Below, piece after piece: positions 24,643 through 31,856 of a stretch of 64,000 nt of DNA (positions within the stretch are counted from its first letter, which is position 1; each line of letters starts with the position of its first letter). The notes under the pieces were generated by a model. It was not told where the DNA came from. It ran no database searches and saw only the letters and a list, made by a program, of their open reading frames with translations. Position numbers and translations under genes: made by a program. This stretch comes from Candidatus Nanoarchaeia archaeon (GTDB taxonomy: Archaea > Nanobdellota > Nanobdellia > Woesearchaeales > ARS49): the NCBI GenBank assembly GCA_041489925.1, contig JBGPSD010000005.1:1581-65580 (forward strand). Direction: 5' to 3'.

Positions 24643-25494
24643 TTAATGCCTGGAGATGCAAGCAACTTGTCCTTCAGTAATTGTGCCTTTGCACCATTTT
24701 AATGCAGAACAATCACAAGTGTCCCCATACACCGTAATCACCTTTTTGCCTATTCCCGCACTACAACCACTTTCTAACATGGAGCAAGTGGGAATAATCG
24801 GAAGAGCATATTTTTGTTGGAGGATTTTTGCTTGTTCAACTATCTCTTGATTTTCTAATTGTGTGAGTGCTAATTCTTCCCTCACAGTGGGTTCATCACA
24901 AACATACTGATTTCCCCCTTGTTTCACATATCTTAGTAAATATACTCTTGGGGAACAGTATTCTTGTTGTCTCGCTTTTTTGGAAGCATAAGCAACTGCT
25001 CCTTCTAAATCCTGCTTATTTGTTCTCAATGGAACAAATCCAAAAGAAAAAGGAATTCCTGCTTTGATTACTTCATCAATCGTTGTATCGAGATGTTGAA
25101 AAACACCCTCTATCCCAACAACTTCTTCATGCGTCTGTTTAGAACCATACAGTGAGAAATTAATATTATCTACAATTCCTTTACATGCCTGAATTTTTTC
25201 TTCAGGGATTGGCTGATACTCGTTCCCATTCCTGTAAACACCGCAGGTCAGTATTGTGATTTTTCTGTTTTTCAACTTTGCTGCTCTTAGAAATTCAATA
25301 ATCCCTGGATGCATAAATGGTTCTCCCCCAGAAAGTCTTATTTCAGAAAAGTCTCGGTTTTGTTTTAAAATCTGCTTGAATTCTTCTACAGGCATTAAAA
25401 TATCGTCTCTGTCCCAAGCACCATAAGTCGAACAATGCCTGCAAGCCAAGGGGCATTTATCTGTTATCTCAACTGTAAGATTCTTCATAAACAC
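24643..25494 (-). CDS. radical SAM protein
   Basis: CPLACRHC (CX3CX2C) cluster motif near the N-terminus and a GGEP-type motif SGGEPFMH. Visibly more AT-rich than its neighbours. Confidence 0.8.
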   Translation of the reverse strand: MFMKNLTVEITDKCPLACRHCSTYGAWDRDDILMPVEEFKQILKQNRDFSEIRLSGGEPFMHPGIIEFLRAAKLKNRKITILTCGVYRNGNEYQPIPEEKIQACKGIVDNINFSLYGSKQTHEEVVGIEGVFQHLDTTIDEVIKAGIPFSFGFVPLRTNKQDLEGAVAYASKKARQQEYCSPRVYLLRYVKQGGNQYVCDEPTVREELALTQLENQEIVEQAKILQQKYALPIIPTCSMLESGCSAGIGKKVITVYGDTCDCSALKWCKGTITEGQVACISRH

Positions 25495-25521
25495 TAAGAA
25501 GTTGATTATACTTTATATTAA

Positions 25522-26073
25522 TTAACGAACCATTTGCCCTGTCTGCTGCTTTGGGGCAGGCATCGGTGCAGGTTTTACAGGCACAGGCTGTGGCGCAGAA
25601 GGTGCTTTTGGAACTGCAGGCTTCGGAGCAACAGGCTTGACTTCAGCGGGCTTTGCCGCTGCTGGCTTGACTTCAGCTGGTTTTGCAGGCAGCGCCGACT
25701 TCGTCGGCTGGTCTGCACTCGCCCCTGCTCGTGCAGGCGCTTCAGGCTTCTTCTCGCCAGGCTTTGCGCCCTTCTTCGGCTTCTCTTCTTTCTTTTTCTC
25801 AACAGGAGCGCCGACAATTTCAGCCCTTACAATGCCCTTGTCGTCCTTTATAACATTGACCTTGACCCTTGAAGGCGGATTCTTGATGCCGTGGCTCCAG
25901 AGAATCAGGTTGAGGTATTTGCCGAGCTTTATGTTGTCCATTTCCTCAACTTTCATGTGGCGCATCAGGAATTCGCGTATAGCTCGCACTGCCTTTTTCG
26001 CGCGCTTGTACTTGACTGATTTCAGCCATTCCCTGCGCAAGGGTATTGTGTAAGTGCGTTCAATGTTTGCCAT
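25522..26073 (-). CDS. rpl31e: 50S ribosomal protein L31e with a long Ala/Pro/Lys-rich C-terminal extension
   Basis: The N-terminal ~90 aa (ERTYTIPLRREWLKSVKYKRAKKAVRAIREF...) are L31e-like. The remaining ~90 aa are low-complexity. Confidence 0.88.
   Translation of the reverse strand: MANIERTYTIPLRREWLKSVKYKRAKKAVRAIREFLMRHMKVEEMDNIKLGKYLNLILWSHGIKNPPSRVKVNVIKDDKGIVRAEIVGAPVEKKKEEKPKKGAKPGEKKPEAPARAGASADQPTKSALPAKPAEVKPAAAKPAEVKPVAPKPAVPKAPSAPQPVPVKPAPMPAPKQQTGQMVR
25684..25738 (-). repeat. structured insertion E3, in frame in the L31e tail
   Basis: Sense strand: GCCTGCA | CGAGCAGGGGCGAGTGCAGACCAGCCGACGAAGTCGGCGCT | GCCTGCA. Encodes ...RAGASADQPTKSALPA... Hairpins CTGCAC/GTGCAG and GCCGAC/GTCGGC parallel those of E2. 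Confidence 0.7.
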
Positions 26074-26074
26074 T

Positions 26075-26248
26075 TTAGACCTTTAACTTCTGCCTGCGCC
26101 ACGAGCGCTTGACAAATGTGTGCCTTCCAGGGTGCACTCTGCGTCCTTTGCCGTATTTCTTTGGCACTGTCCAGAAAGGAGCCCATCTGGTCTGCCTTCC
26201 CCTCTTTGCCAAACGCTTTTTCCTTGCAGGATGCTTGTGTGGTCCCAT
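26075..26248 (-). CDS. rpl39e: 50S ribosomal protein L39e
   Basis: Manual translation of an ORF below the track cutoff: MGPHKHPARKKRLAKRGRQTRWAPFWTVPKKYGKGRRVHPGRHTFVKRSWRRQKLKV. Sits between rps19e and rpl31e, as is typical in archaea. Confidence 0.85.
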   Translation of the reverse strand: MGPHKHPARKKRLAKRGRQTRWAPFWTVPKKYGKGRRVHPGRHTFVKRSWRRQKLKV

Positions 26249-26250
26249 GT

Positions 26251-27018
26251 TCATTCACTCTTGGGCGTGTCAAGAACCTTTCGAGGTTCTTGAGCATGCT
26301 CGGAAACCTTCCTGGTTTCCGACACTTCAGGGGCTGCTGCCGGAGCAGGTGCTGCTTCTGGTGCAGGCAAAACCGCCTGAGTTTCAACTTTTTTCCTTGG
26401 CGCGCGCTTTCTCTTTGGCGCTGCCTCAACTGGCGCAGCAGGCGCACCTTCAGCCGGAGCGCTTTCAACAGGCGCTTCGCCTTCTTCAGGTGCAACTTTC
26501 TTCCTTACGCGCGCTTTCTTTGCAGGTTTCTCCTTTGGAAGCTCTGTGATATTGAGTTCTCCGCCTGGATTCTTTGGAAGGACAATGTTCTTTTCCTTCA
26601 TGTAAGCGTCTGCAATCTTGCCGAGGAATGAAAGTCCCTGGGGGGTTATCGCGCGGCCCTTGTGCAGGCCTTTGTCAATCTTCTTCGCGAATCCCGCTTT
26701 CTCAAGCTGCTGGAGAACTTTTCTCAAAATGTTTCCTGAGCCCGGGTAGAACCGCTCAGGTGCGTGGCCGCAGTTTTTCTTGCCGCCGTAAATCGTGCGG
26801 AGCTTTTGCACTCCGATAGGACCTTCAACATCGCTGAGCCTTCTCAGGACTGCTGCTGCGCGTACAAACCACCAGTCATCCCGCATCGGCTGTCTTTGCT
26901 TTGACATTCCTGTCTTGACAAAAATCGACCACTGCGGCGGCTGTATGGCTGTGACTTTCTGCAGTTCCTTTGACGCCCTTTCAATGAGCTCTGTCTTTGG
27001 AATTTCGTATATACCCAT
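26251..27018 (-). CDS. rps19e: 30S ribosomal protein S19e with a ~100-aa Ala/Pro/Lys/Glu-rich C-terminal extension
   Basis: The N-terminal ~150 aa are S19e-like (PPQWSIFVKTG, DDWWFVRAAAVLRRL). The tail is low-complexity and ends in the F2 element. Confidence 0.9.
   Translation of the reverse strand: MGIYEIPKTELIERASKELQKVTAIQPPQWSIFVKTGMSKQRQPMRDDWWFVRAAAVLRRLSDVEGPIGVQKLRTIYGGKKNCGHAPERFYPGSGNILRKVLQQLEKAGFAKKIDKGLHKGRAITPQGLSFLGKIADAYMKEKNIVLPKNPGGELNITELPKEKPAKKARVRKKVAPEEGEAPVESAPAEGAPAAPVEAAPKRKRAPRKKVETQAVLPAPEAAPAPAAAPEVSETRKVSEHAQEPRKVLDTPKSE
26269..26324 (-). repeat. double-hairpin element, copy F2, in frame at the end of rps19e
   Basis: Minus strand: TGTCGGAAAC-cagga-aGGTTTCCGAGCATGCTCAAGAACC-tcgaaa-GGTTCTTGAC. 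Encodes ...VSETRKVSEHAQEPRKVLD... Confidence 0.7.
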
Positions 27019-27217
27019 TGTTTCCCTCTACGATGGCCTTGCGGCCTACTTTGGACATCACGTGGATATCCAGAATAATGAATGAGGAAAGGGGGCTGTT
27101 TAAAAAGGTTACTAATTTTGGCAAGTTATCCTGTTCCGGAAATTCCAAAAAGTTTTTGCCTGGTTTATAAGCCTGCCAAAAAATATTCTGGCACAGCTGT
27201 TATTTCTTACAGCCAAT

Positions 27218-27246
27218 CCGGAAAGTTTACGGATTTTCCGACGAAA
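27218..27246 (+). repeat. CCGGAAA...TTTCCGACGA motif, copy G1
   Basis: CCGGAAAGTTTACGGATTTTCCGACGAAA lies upstream of the first small-membrane gene pair. Related copies lie at 30072-30100 and 54802-54840. Confidence 0.4.
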
Positions 27247-27278
27247 AACTTATATTCCACCTTCACTTTCAGTCGGTT

Positions 27279-27380
27279 ATGCGAAAGAAACCGACTGATT
27301 TCCTGGACTGGGTTATGCTGGCAATGATTTTTGTGCTGGCAATCTGGTTTGTAACAATGCTTATCCGGGGTGCTGCGTGA
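27279..27380 (+). CDS. 33-aa membrane peptide (module 1, gene a)
   Basis: Manual translation: MRKKPTDFLDWVMLAMIFVLAIWFVTMLIRGAA. GTGA overlap with the next gene. Paralog at 30143. The start codon sits in an 8-bp hairpin AGTCGGTT/AACCGACT (27271-27296). Confidence 0.4.
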   Translation: MRKKPTDFLDWVMLAMIFVLAIWFVTMLIRGAA

Positions 27381-27589
27381 AATTGTGGGAAAAGGCAGTT
27401 TATTGGATGGTGCTTTTGTTTGCGGTATACTTGATTTTTGAGATTATAAGAAAGCTTCTTGGCGGCAGCCTTGGATTTGAAGAGATAATAATCGGCCTGC
27501 TTATTGCAAATATTGGTTATTCATTCCACATAAACTCAAAACTTTCTGAGCACATTGGGTGGCATAGGGGAATGGGTGCAAAGCAGTGA
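27377..27589 (+). CDS. 70-aa membrane protein (module 1, gene b)
   Basis: Track ORF. The N-terminal TM region aligns with the 30256 gene (YLIFEIIRKLLGGS vs YWLLLKITGHS). Confidence 0.45.
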   Translation: MKLWEKAVYWMVLLFAVYLIFEIIRKLLGGSLGFEEIIIGLLIANIGYSFHINSKLSEHIGWHRGMGAKQ

Positions 27590-27640
27590 TTACCTGCTGC
27601 AAGGATACCTTTTTATACCGCCCTTCTCAACGCAATAATT

Positions 27641-29536
27641 ATGCCGTCTGTTGTAGTGAATGGCAAGAAAAAGCAGTATGACAAGCCTGTAACTGGGCTT
27701 GAGATTGTCAAGGACGCAAAGCGCGAGGGAAAAGCCCTTGCGATGAAAGTAAATGGCGAGCTCAAGGACCTTTCCGCAGTTGTTGACAAGGACTCTGAAA
27801 TACAGCTCCTGATGTTTGACGACAAGGAAGGAAAGGAGATTTTCTGGCACACTGCAGCGCACATTTTTGCTTACGCAATCAAGGAATTGTATCCTGAGGC
27901 ATTGAACACAATCGGGCCTGCTGTTGAGGACGGCTTCTATTATGATTTTGACAATTTGAAAATTGCTGCGAATGACTTTGAGAAGATAGAGAAGAAAATG
28001 CAGGAAATCGCGGCAAAGAAGATTCCAATCGAGCGAAAGGAAATGACTCTTGACGAGATAAAGAAGCTTTTCGCAAAGAATCCTTACAAAATAGAAATGG
28101 CAAATGAGTTTGCGTCAGGCGGAAAAAAGCTCACTGTTTACACCATGGGGCCCGGCTTCCTTGACCTTTGCGAAGGACCGCATGTTCCTGACACTGGCTT
28201 TGTGAAGGCAATGAAGCTGATGAACATTGCGTCAGCATTCTGGCGCGGAGACCAGAAGAACAAGCAGTTGACAAGGGTTTACGGCACTGCGTTTCCGAAT
28301 GATGACTTCCTGAAAAAGCACCTCGCGTTCCTCAAAGAGCTTGAAATGCGCGACCACAGGAAGATTGGAAAGGATTTGGAGCTGTTTATGTTCCATGAAT
28401 GGAGCCCTGGCTCGCCGTTTTTGCTGCCAAAGGGCACTATCATTTACAATGCGCTTCAGGAATTCATCCGCGAGGAATACAAAAAGCGCGGATACCAGGA
28501 AGTCATAACGCCCCAGATGTTCAACAAGGCATTGTGGGAGAAAAGCGGCCACTGGGAGCACTACAAGGATAATATGTTCATTATGAAAGTTGACGGCGAG
28601 GAGTTCTCCTTGAAGCCCATGAACTGCCCGTCACACTGCCTGATTTACCAGTTGAAGAACCACTCTTACCGTGAACTGCCATTGAGGATTGCTGATTTCT
28701 GCTTCCTTCACAGAAATGAAATTCGCGGAGCGCTTGGCGGAATGACAAGAGTCAGGAAAATGAGCCAGGACGACGCGCATATTTACTGCGCGCCTGACCA
28801 GATACAGGCAGAGATGAAGAGCCTGCTTGACTTTGTCAATTACATTTACAAGGATATTTTCAAAATGCCTTTCCACGCAAGGCTGAGCACAAAGCCAACT
28901 GACGCCATGGGAGACCCCCCGCTCTGGGAGCAGGCAGAGGCAGCGCTGAAGAAGGCGCTTGACGACTCGGGAATGAAATATGAAATCAAGCCAGGCGAAG
29001 GAGCGTTTTACGGGCCAAAGATTGACTTTGATGTCAAGGACGCGCTTAACCGCGACTGGCAGTGTGCCACAATCCAGCTTGACTTCCAGATGCCATTGCG
29101 CTTTGAACTGAAATACATGGCTCCTGACAACACTTTGAAGACACCTGTGATGATTCACCGCGCAATTGTCGGCTCAATGGAGCGCTTTATTGGAGTTATC
29201 ACAGAGCATTTCGCAGGAAAATTCCCATTGTGGCTCTCTCCTGTGCAGGTCCGCGTGATTCCTGTCGCAGAGGCATTCATTGACTACGCGCGCTCAATTG
29301 GCGCAAATTACCAAAAGGCAGGAATACGCGTTGAGGTTGATGAAACACAGGAAACCCTGAACAAGAAAATCAGGAACGCAGAGCTTGACAAGATTAATTA
29401 CATACTTGTTGTCGGCGGAAAGGAAAAGGAAAACAACTCAATCAATGTCAGGACGCGGGAAAACAAGGTCGAAGGCGAGAAAAAGATTGACGAGTTCCTC
29501 GCCCGCATGAAACAGGAAATCTCTGAAAAGAAATAA
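27641..29536 (+). CDS. thrS: threonine--tRNA ligase
   Basis: N-terminal TGS-like domain, class II core (FRGDQKNKQLTRVYG, HRNEIRGALGGMTRVR) and a C-terminal anticodon-binding domain. Confidence 0.95.
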   Translation: MPSVVVNGKKKQYDKPVTGLEIVKDAKREGKALAMKVNGELKDLSAVVDKDSEIQLLMFDDKEGKEIFWHTAAHIFAYAIKELYPEALNTIGPAVEDGFYYDFDNLKIAANDFEKIEKKMQEIAAKKIPIERKEMTLDEIKKLFAKNPYKIEMANEFASGGKKLTVYTMGPGFLDLCEGPHVPDTGFVKAMKLMNIASAFWRGDQKNKQLTRVYGTAFPNDDFLKKHLAFLKELEMRDHRKIGKDLELFMFHEWSPGSPFLLPKGTIIYNALQEFIREEYKKRGYQEVITPQMFNKALWEKSGHWEHYKDNMFIMKVDGEEFSLKPMNCPSHCLIYQLKNHSYRELPLRIADFCFLHRNEIRGALGGMTRVRKMSQDDAHIYCAPDQIQAEMKSLLDFVNYIYKDIFKMPFHARLSTKPTDAMGDPPLWEQAEAALKKALDDSGMKYEIKPGEGAFYGPKIDFDVKDALNRDWQCATIQLDFQMPLRFELKYMAPDNTLKTPVMIHRAIVGSMERFIGVITEHFAGKFPLWLSPVQVRVIPVAEAFIDYARSIGANYQKAGIRVEVDETQETLNKKIRNAELDKINYILVVGGKEKENNSINVRTRENKVEGEKKIDEFLARMKQEISEKK

Positions 29537-29566
29537 TTATATACGAGTTCTTTAATTGATGAAATT

Positions 29567-30061
29567 GTGGGAGGAGTTGTGAGAGGGCTGGCATTTATTG
29601 CGCTTTTGATAGCCATAATACTCTTTGGCGCCACTGCTTTCCTGCTTCTTGAGCAATTGCAGCCGCGCGAGGAATATGCGCTTTCTTCTGAGTCTCCAAC
29701 AGGAATGATGCCTTTTGACAGAATCCAAAAAGAGCAGATAGAGGTTTACTCTGACAGGGCAATAATTGATGTCCGCGGACTGCTGTGGGCAAACTTTTCA
29801 ACAACAGGCTCAATGCTTCCTGTGCTTGGGCCAAGCGCGCACGCACTGCAGATAATCCCCAAGTCAGCAGGCGAGATACAGGTTGGTGACATTGTCTCTT
29901 ACCGGATTGACAGCCGTGTGATAATACACCGCGTTATCAAGAAAGGAGCTGATGAAAACGGCGATTATTTCATAACAAAGGGCGACAATAATGCAGAGCA
30001 AGACCCGTTCCCAGTGAGGTTCTCGCAGATTGACCGGGTTGTTGTGGGCATTCTTTACTGA
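29567..30061 (+). CDS. signal peptidase I (archaeal/ER type, S26B)
   Basis: N-terminal TM segment, catalytic Ser motif TGSMLP, IIHRV (His) and the ITKGDNN signature. Non-ATG (GTG) start. Confidence 0.78.
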   Translation: MGGVVRGLAFIALLIAIILFGATAFLLLEQLQPREEYALSSESPTGMMPFDRIQKEQIEVYSDRAIIDVRGLLWANFSTTGSMLPVLGPSAHALQIIPKSAGEIQVGDIVSYRIDSRVIIHRVIKKGADENGDYFITKGDNNAEQDPFPVRFSQIDRVVVGILY

Positions 30062-30071
30062 TTTTTGACAT

Positions 30072-30100
30072 CCGGAAACTTTCCGATATCGTCGGAAATC
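30072..30100 (+). repeat. CCGGAAA...TCGGAAA motif, copy G2
   Basis: CCGGAAACTTTCCGATATCGTCGGAAATC contains the palindrome TTTCCGA-tatcg-TCGGAAA. It lies upstream of the second small-membrane gene pair. Confidence 0.4.
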
Positions 30101-30142
30101 TTTACAAAAAGAATATAAACAAGAGCCACTTTGTGATACTTT

Positions 30143-30259
30143 ATGGAGTTCAAAAAGATTGTTGCGTGGCTGGAAAATCCTGTTGATTATGGCATGATTG
30201 TAATGTTGTGGGTCGTACTTATGCTGATGCTCGTCTGGCTTTTTCGCGGAGGCACATGA
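30143..30259 (+). CDS. 38-aa membrane peptide (module 2, gene a)
   Basis: Manual translation: MEFKKIVAWLENPVDYGMIVMLWVVLMLMLVWLFRGGT. ATGA overlap with the next gene. Paralog of 27279. Confidence 0.4.
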   Translation: MEFKKIVAWLENPVDYGMIVMLWVVLMLMLVWLFRGGT

Positions 30260-30564
30260 TGGATTTCTGGCGTATGAGCGGCATTGTATCAAAGATTTTA
30301 TTTTATGCGCTCGGAATCCTTCTTATTTACTGGCTTCTGCTAAAGATTACAGGTCATAGCCCAACATCTGACCAGATTCTTATCATGGTATTTTCATTTG
30401 GTTTGACCGCGATATGGGGCATTGTCGTTGTTCTTTTCAAAATAGTGGGGGAACTTCGGGAGCTTCGCGGCGAATTTAGGCAGTTCACAAAGAGTACGGA
30501 ATCAGAATTTTCGCATGTCAACAAGGAACTTAATCGCATTAGTGTGCGTCTTGACAGGCAATAA
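30256..30564 (+). CDS. 102-aa membrane protein (module 2, gene b)
   Basis: Track ORF 30208..30564 trimmed to MMDFWRMSG..., which overlaps the stop of the upstream peptide. Confidence 0.45.
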   Translation: MMDFWRMSGIVSKILFYALGILLIYWLLLKITGHSPTSDQILIMVFSFGLTAIWGIVVVLFKIVGELRELRGEFRQFTKSTESEFSHVNKELNRISVRLDRQ

Positions 30565-30595
30565 GCTTTTATACTTCTTTAAGAGAATTTTTCTT

Positions 30596-30946
30596 ATGGC
30601 AGAATACAAGCAGGTCATACTTGTCAGGCACGACCTGAAGCTGACAAAGGGAAAGATGGCAGCGCAGGTGAGCCACGCTTCTGTTGAATCGCTTTTGAAG
30701 TCGCACGCTGATGACCGCGATGCTTGGCGCGCGCAGGGAATGAAAAAAGTTGTCCTGAAAGTTGCTGATTTGAAAGAGCTTCTCGAATACAAAAGAAAAG
30801 CAGAAGACGCGGGCTTGGTTGTAGCATTGATTGTTGACGCAGGCCACACACAGGTTGCCCCTGGCACAGTCACCTGCCTGGGCATAGGTCCTGACAAGGA
30901 AGAAAAGATTGATACGGTGACAGGAAGTTTGCAGTTAATAAGCTGA
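30596..30946 (+). CDS. pth2: peptidyl-tRNA hydrolase, archaeal type
   Basis: Trimmed to MAEYKQVILVRHDLKLTKGKMAAQVSHA... Motif DAGHTQVAPGTVTCLGIGP. CTTTTATAC lies ~21 nt upstream. Confidence 0.9.
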   Translation: MAEYKQVILVRHDLKLTKGKMAAQVSHASVESLLKSHADDRDAWRAQGMKKVVLKVADLKELLEYKRKAEDAGLVVALIVDAGHTQVAPGTVTCLGIGPDKEEKIDTVTGSLQLIS

Positions 30947-30966
30947 TTCATCAAGCAATAATAACA

Positions 30967-30974
30967 TTTATAAA
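30967..30974 (+). promoter_or_regulatory. TATA box for rps6e (leaderless spacing)
   Basis: TTTATAAA lies 23 nt upstream of the ATG at 30998. Confidence 0.55.
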
Positions 30975-30997
30975 CACCTTCTCGATTTTTGGACATC

Positions 30998-31402
30998 ATG
31001 GTAAGTTTCAAGCTTGTAATCGGCACAAAGGAAGGCAAATGCCTGCAAAAGGAAGTTGCAGAGCCAGATGCCAACTCATTCCTTGGAAAAAAGGTCGGCG
31101 ACAAGGTAACTGGCGAGGCAATCGGCTTCACAGGCTACGAATTCGAGATTACAGGCGGCTCTGACTATGCCGGCTTCCCTATGAGAAAGGACATTCAGGG
31201 TGTAGGAAGGAAGAAAATTCTCGCTGTTGAGGGCGTTGGGTTGAAGAAAATCGCAAAGGGAATCCGTGTCAGGAAGACTGTGTGCGGAAACACAATCCAT
31301 CCCAAGATAACCCAGATAAACCTCAAAGTCACAAAGGCAGGTGCAACACCATTGCCAATGCCTGAGCCAAAGCCAAAGGAAGTCAAGGAAGAAAAGAAGT
31401 AA
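30998..31402 (+). CDS. rps6e: 30S ribosomal protein S6e
   Basis: FKLVIGTKEGKCLQKEV...GFPMRKDIQGVGRKKIL. Trimmed to the ATG (the track starts at a TTG). Confidence 0.9.
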   Translation: MVSFKLVIGTKEGKCLQKEVAEPDANSFLGKKVGDKVTGEAIGFTGYEFEITGGSDYAGFPMRKDIQGVGRKKILAVEGVGLKKIAKGIRVRKTVCGNTIHPKITQINLKVTKAGATPLPMPEPKPKEVKEEKK

Positions 31403-31433
31403 TTTTTTAAAGACCTTTTCTAATTAACTGATT

Positions 31434-31832
31434 ATGCCAGTGCTCAGGGTGCTTGTTGCAGAGGATTATGAATCATCCCGTGAATCTACAATTGAGGTTA
31501 TAAGGGGCGCGCTTTCAGCTGCAAGCGTAATCGAGGCGGCAACAGGCGCTGCAGCGCTTGAGGCATTATTGCAGAGCGTGCCGGAAATAGCGGTTCTTGA
31601 TTTTAACATGCCGTTAATCAATGGCGCAGATGTGATAATACATTACCGCAAGCAACGGCCTGAAGCAAGAACCTGCTTTTTGCTTTATTCATGCGTCCAC
31701 ACGAATAGCGAGCACGCAGACAGGATTGGAGTGCCTTTCCTGTCCAAGCCTTTTGACATCAATGACCTGCGCGCGTATATGCGCCAGTTTGTAGAACAAA
31801 TACTGCGGGCAAACCCTGAACAAGCTTTATAA
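31434..31832 (+). CDS. stand-alone response-regulator receiver domain
   Basis: VLVAEDYE acidic pocket, phospho-acceptor context VLDFNMP, and conserved Lys in LSKPF. Confidence 0.8.
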   Translation: MPVLRVLVAEDYESSRESTIEVIRGALSAASVIEAATGAAALEALLQSVPEIAVLDFNMPLINGADVIIHYRKQRPEARTCFLLYSCVHTNSEHADRIGVPFLSKPFDINDLRAYMRQFVEQILRANPEQAL

Positions 31833-31833
31833 A
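31826..31833 (+). promoter_or_regulatory. TATA box for polB (leaderless spacing)
   Basis: TTTATAAA lies 23 nt upstream of the ATG at 31857. It overlaps the end of the receiver gene. Confidence 0.55.
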
Positions 31834-31856
31834 CCAGCTTCTCGTCGTATTGCTTT

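Noticed and set aside
24593-24661. N-terminal extensions of several track ORFs (ileS to 24661, 6750..7916, 47815, 53725, 30515, 62102, 30208, 36998, 58835).
   Set aside because: The extensions run through upstream promoters or neighbouring genes, often begin at non-ATG codons, and precede an ATG that sits 21-23 nt downstream of a TATA box or in stop/start overlap. The starts were trimmed accordingly, but remain predictions.
26395-26425. GGCGCTGCCTCA in the S19e tail, resembling the 3' end of E-type elements.
   Set aside because: Wrong strand relative to the other in-gene copies. No adjacent hairpin or flanking direct repeat. Probably chance similarity in GC-rich low-complexity coding sequence.
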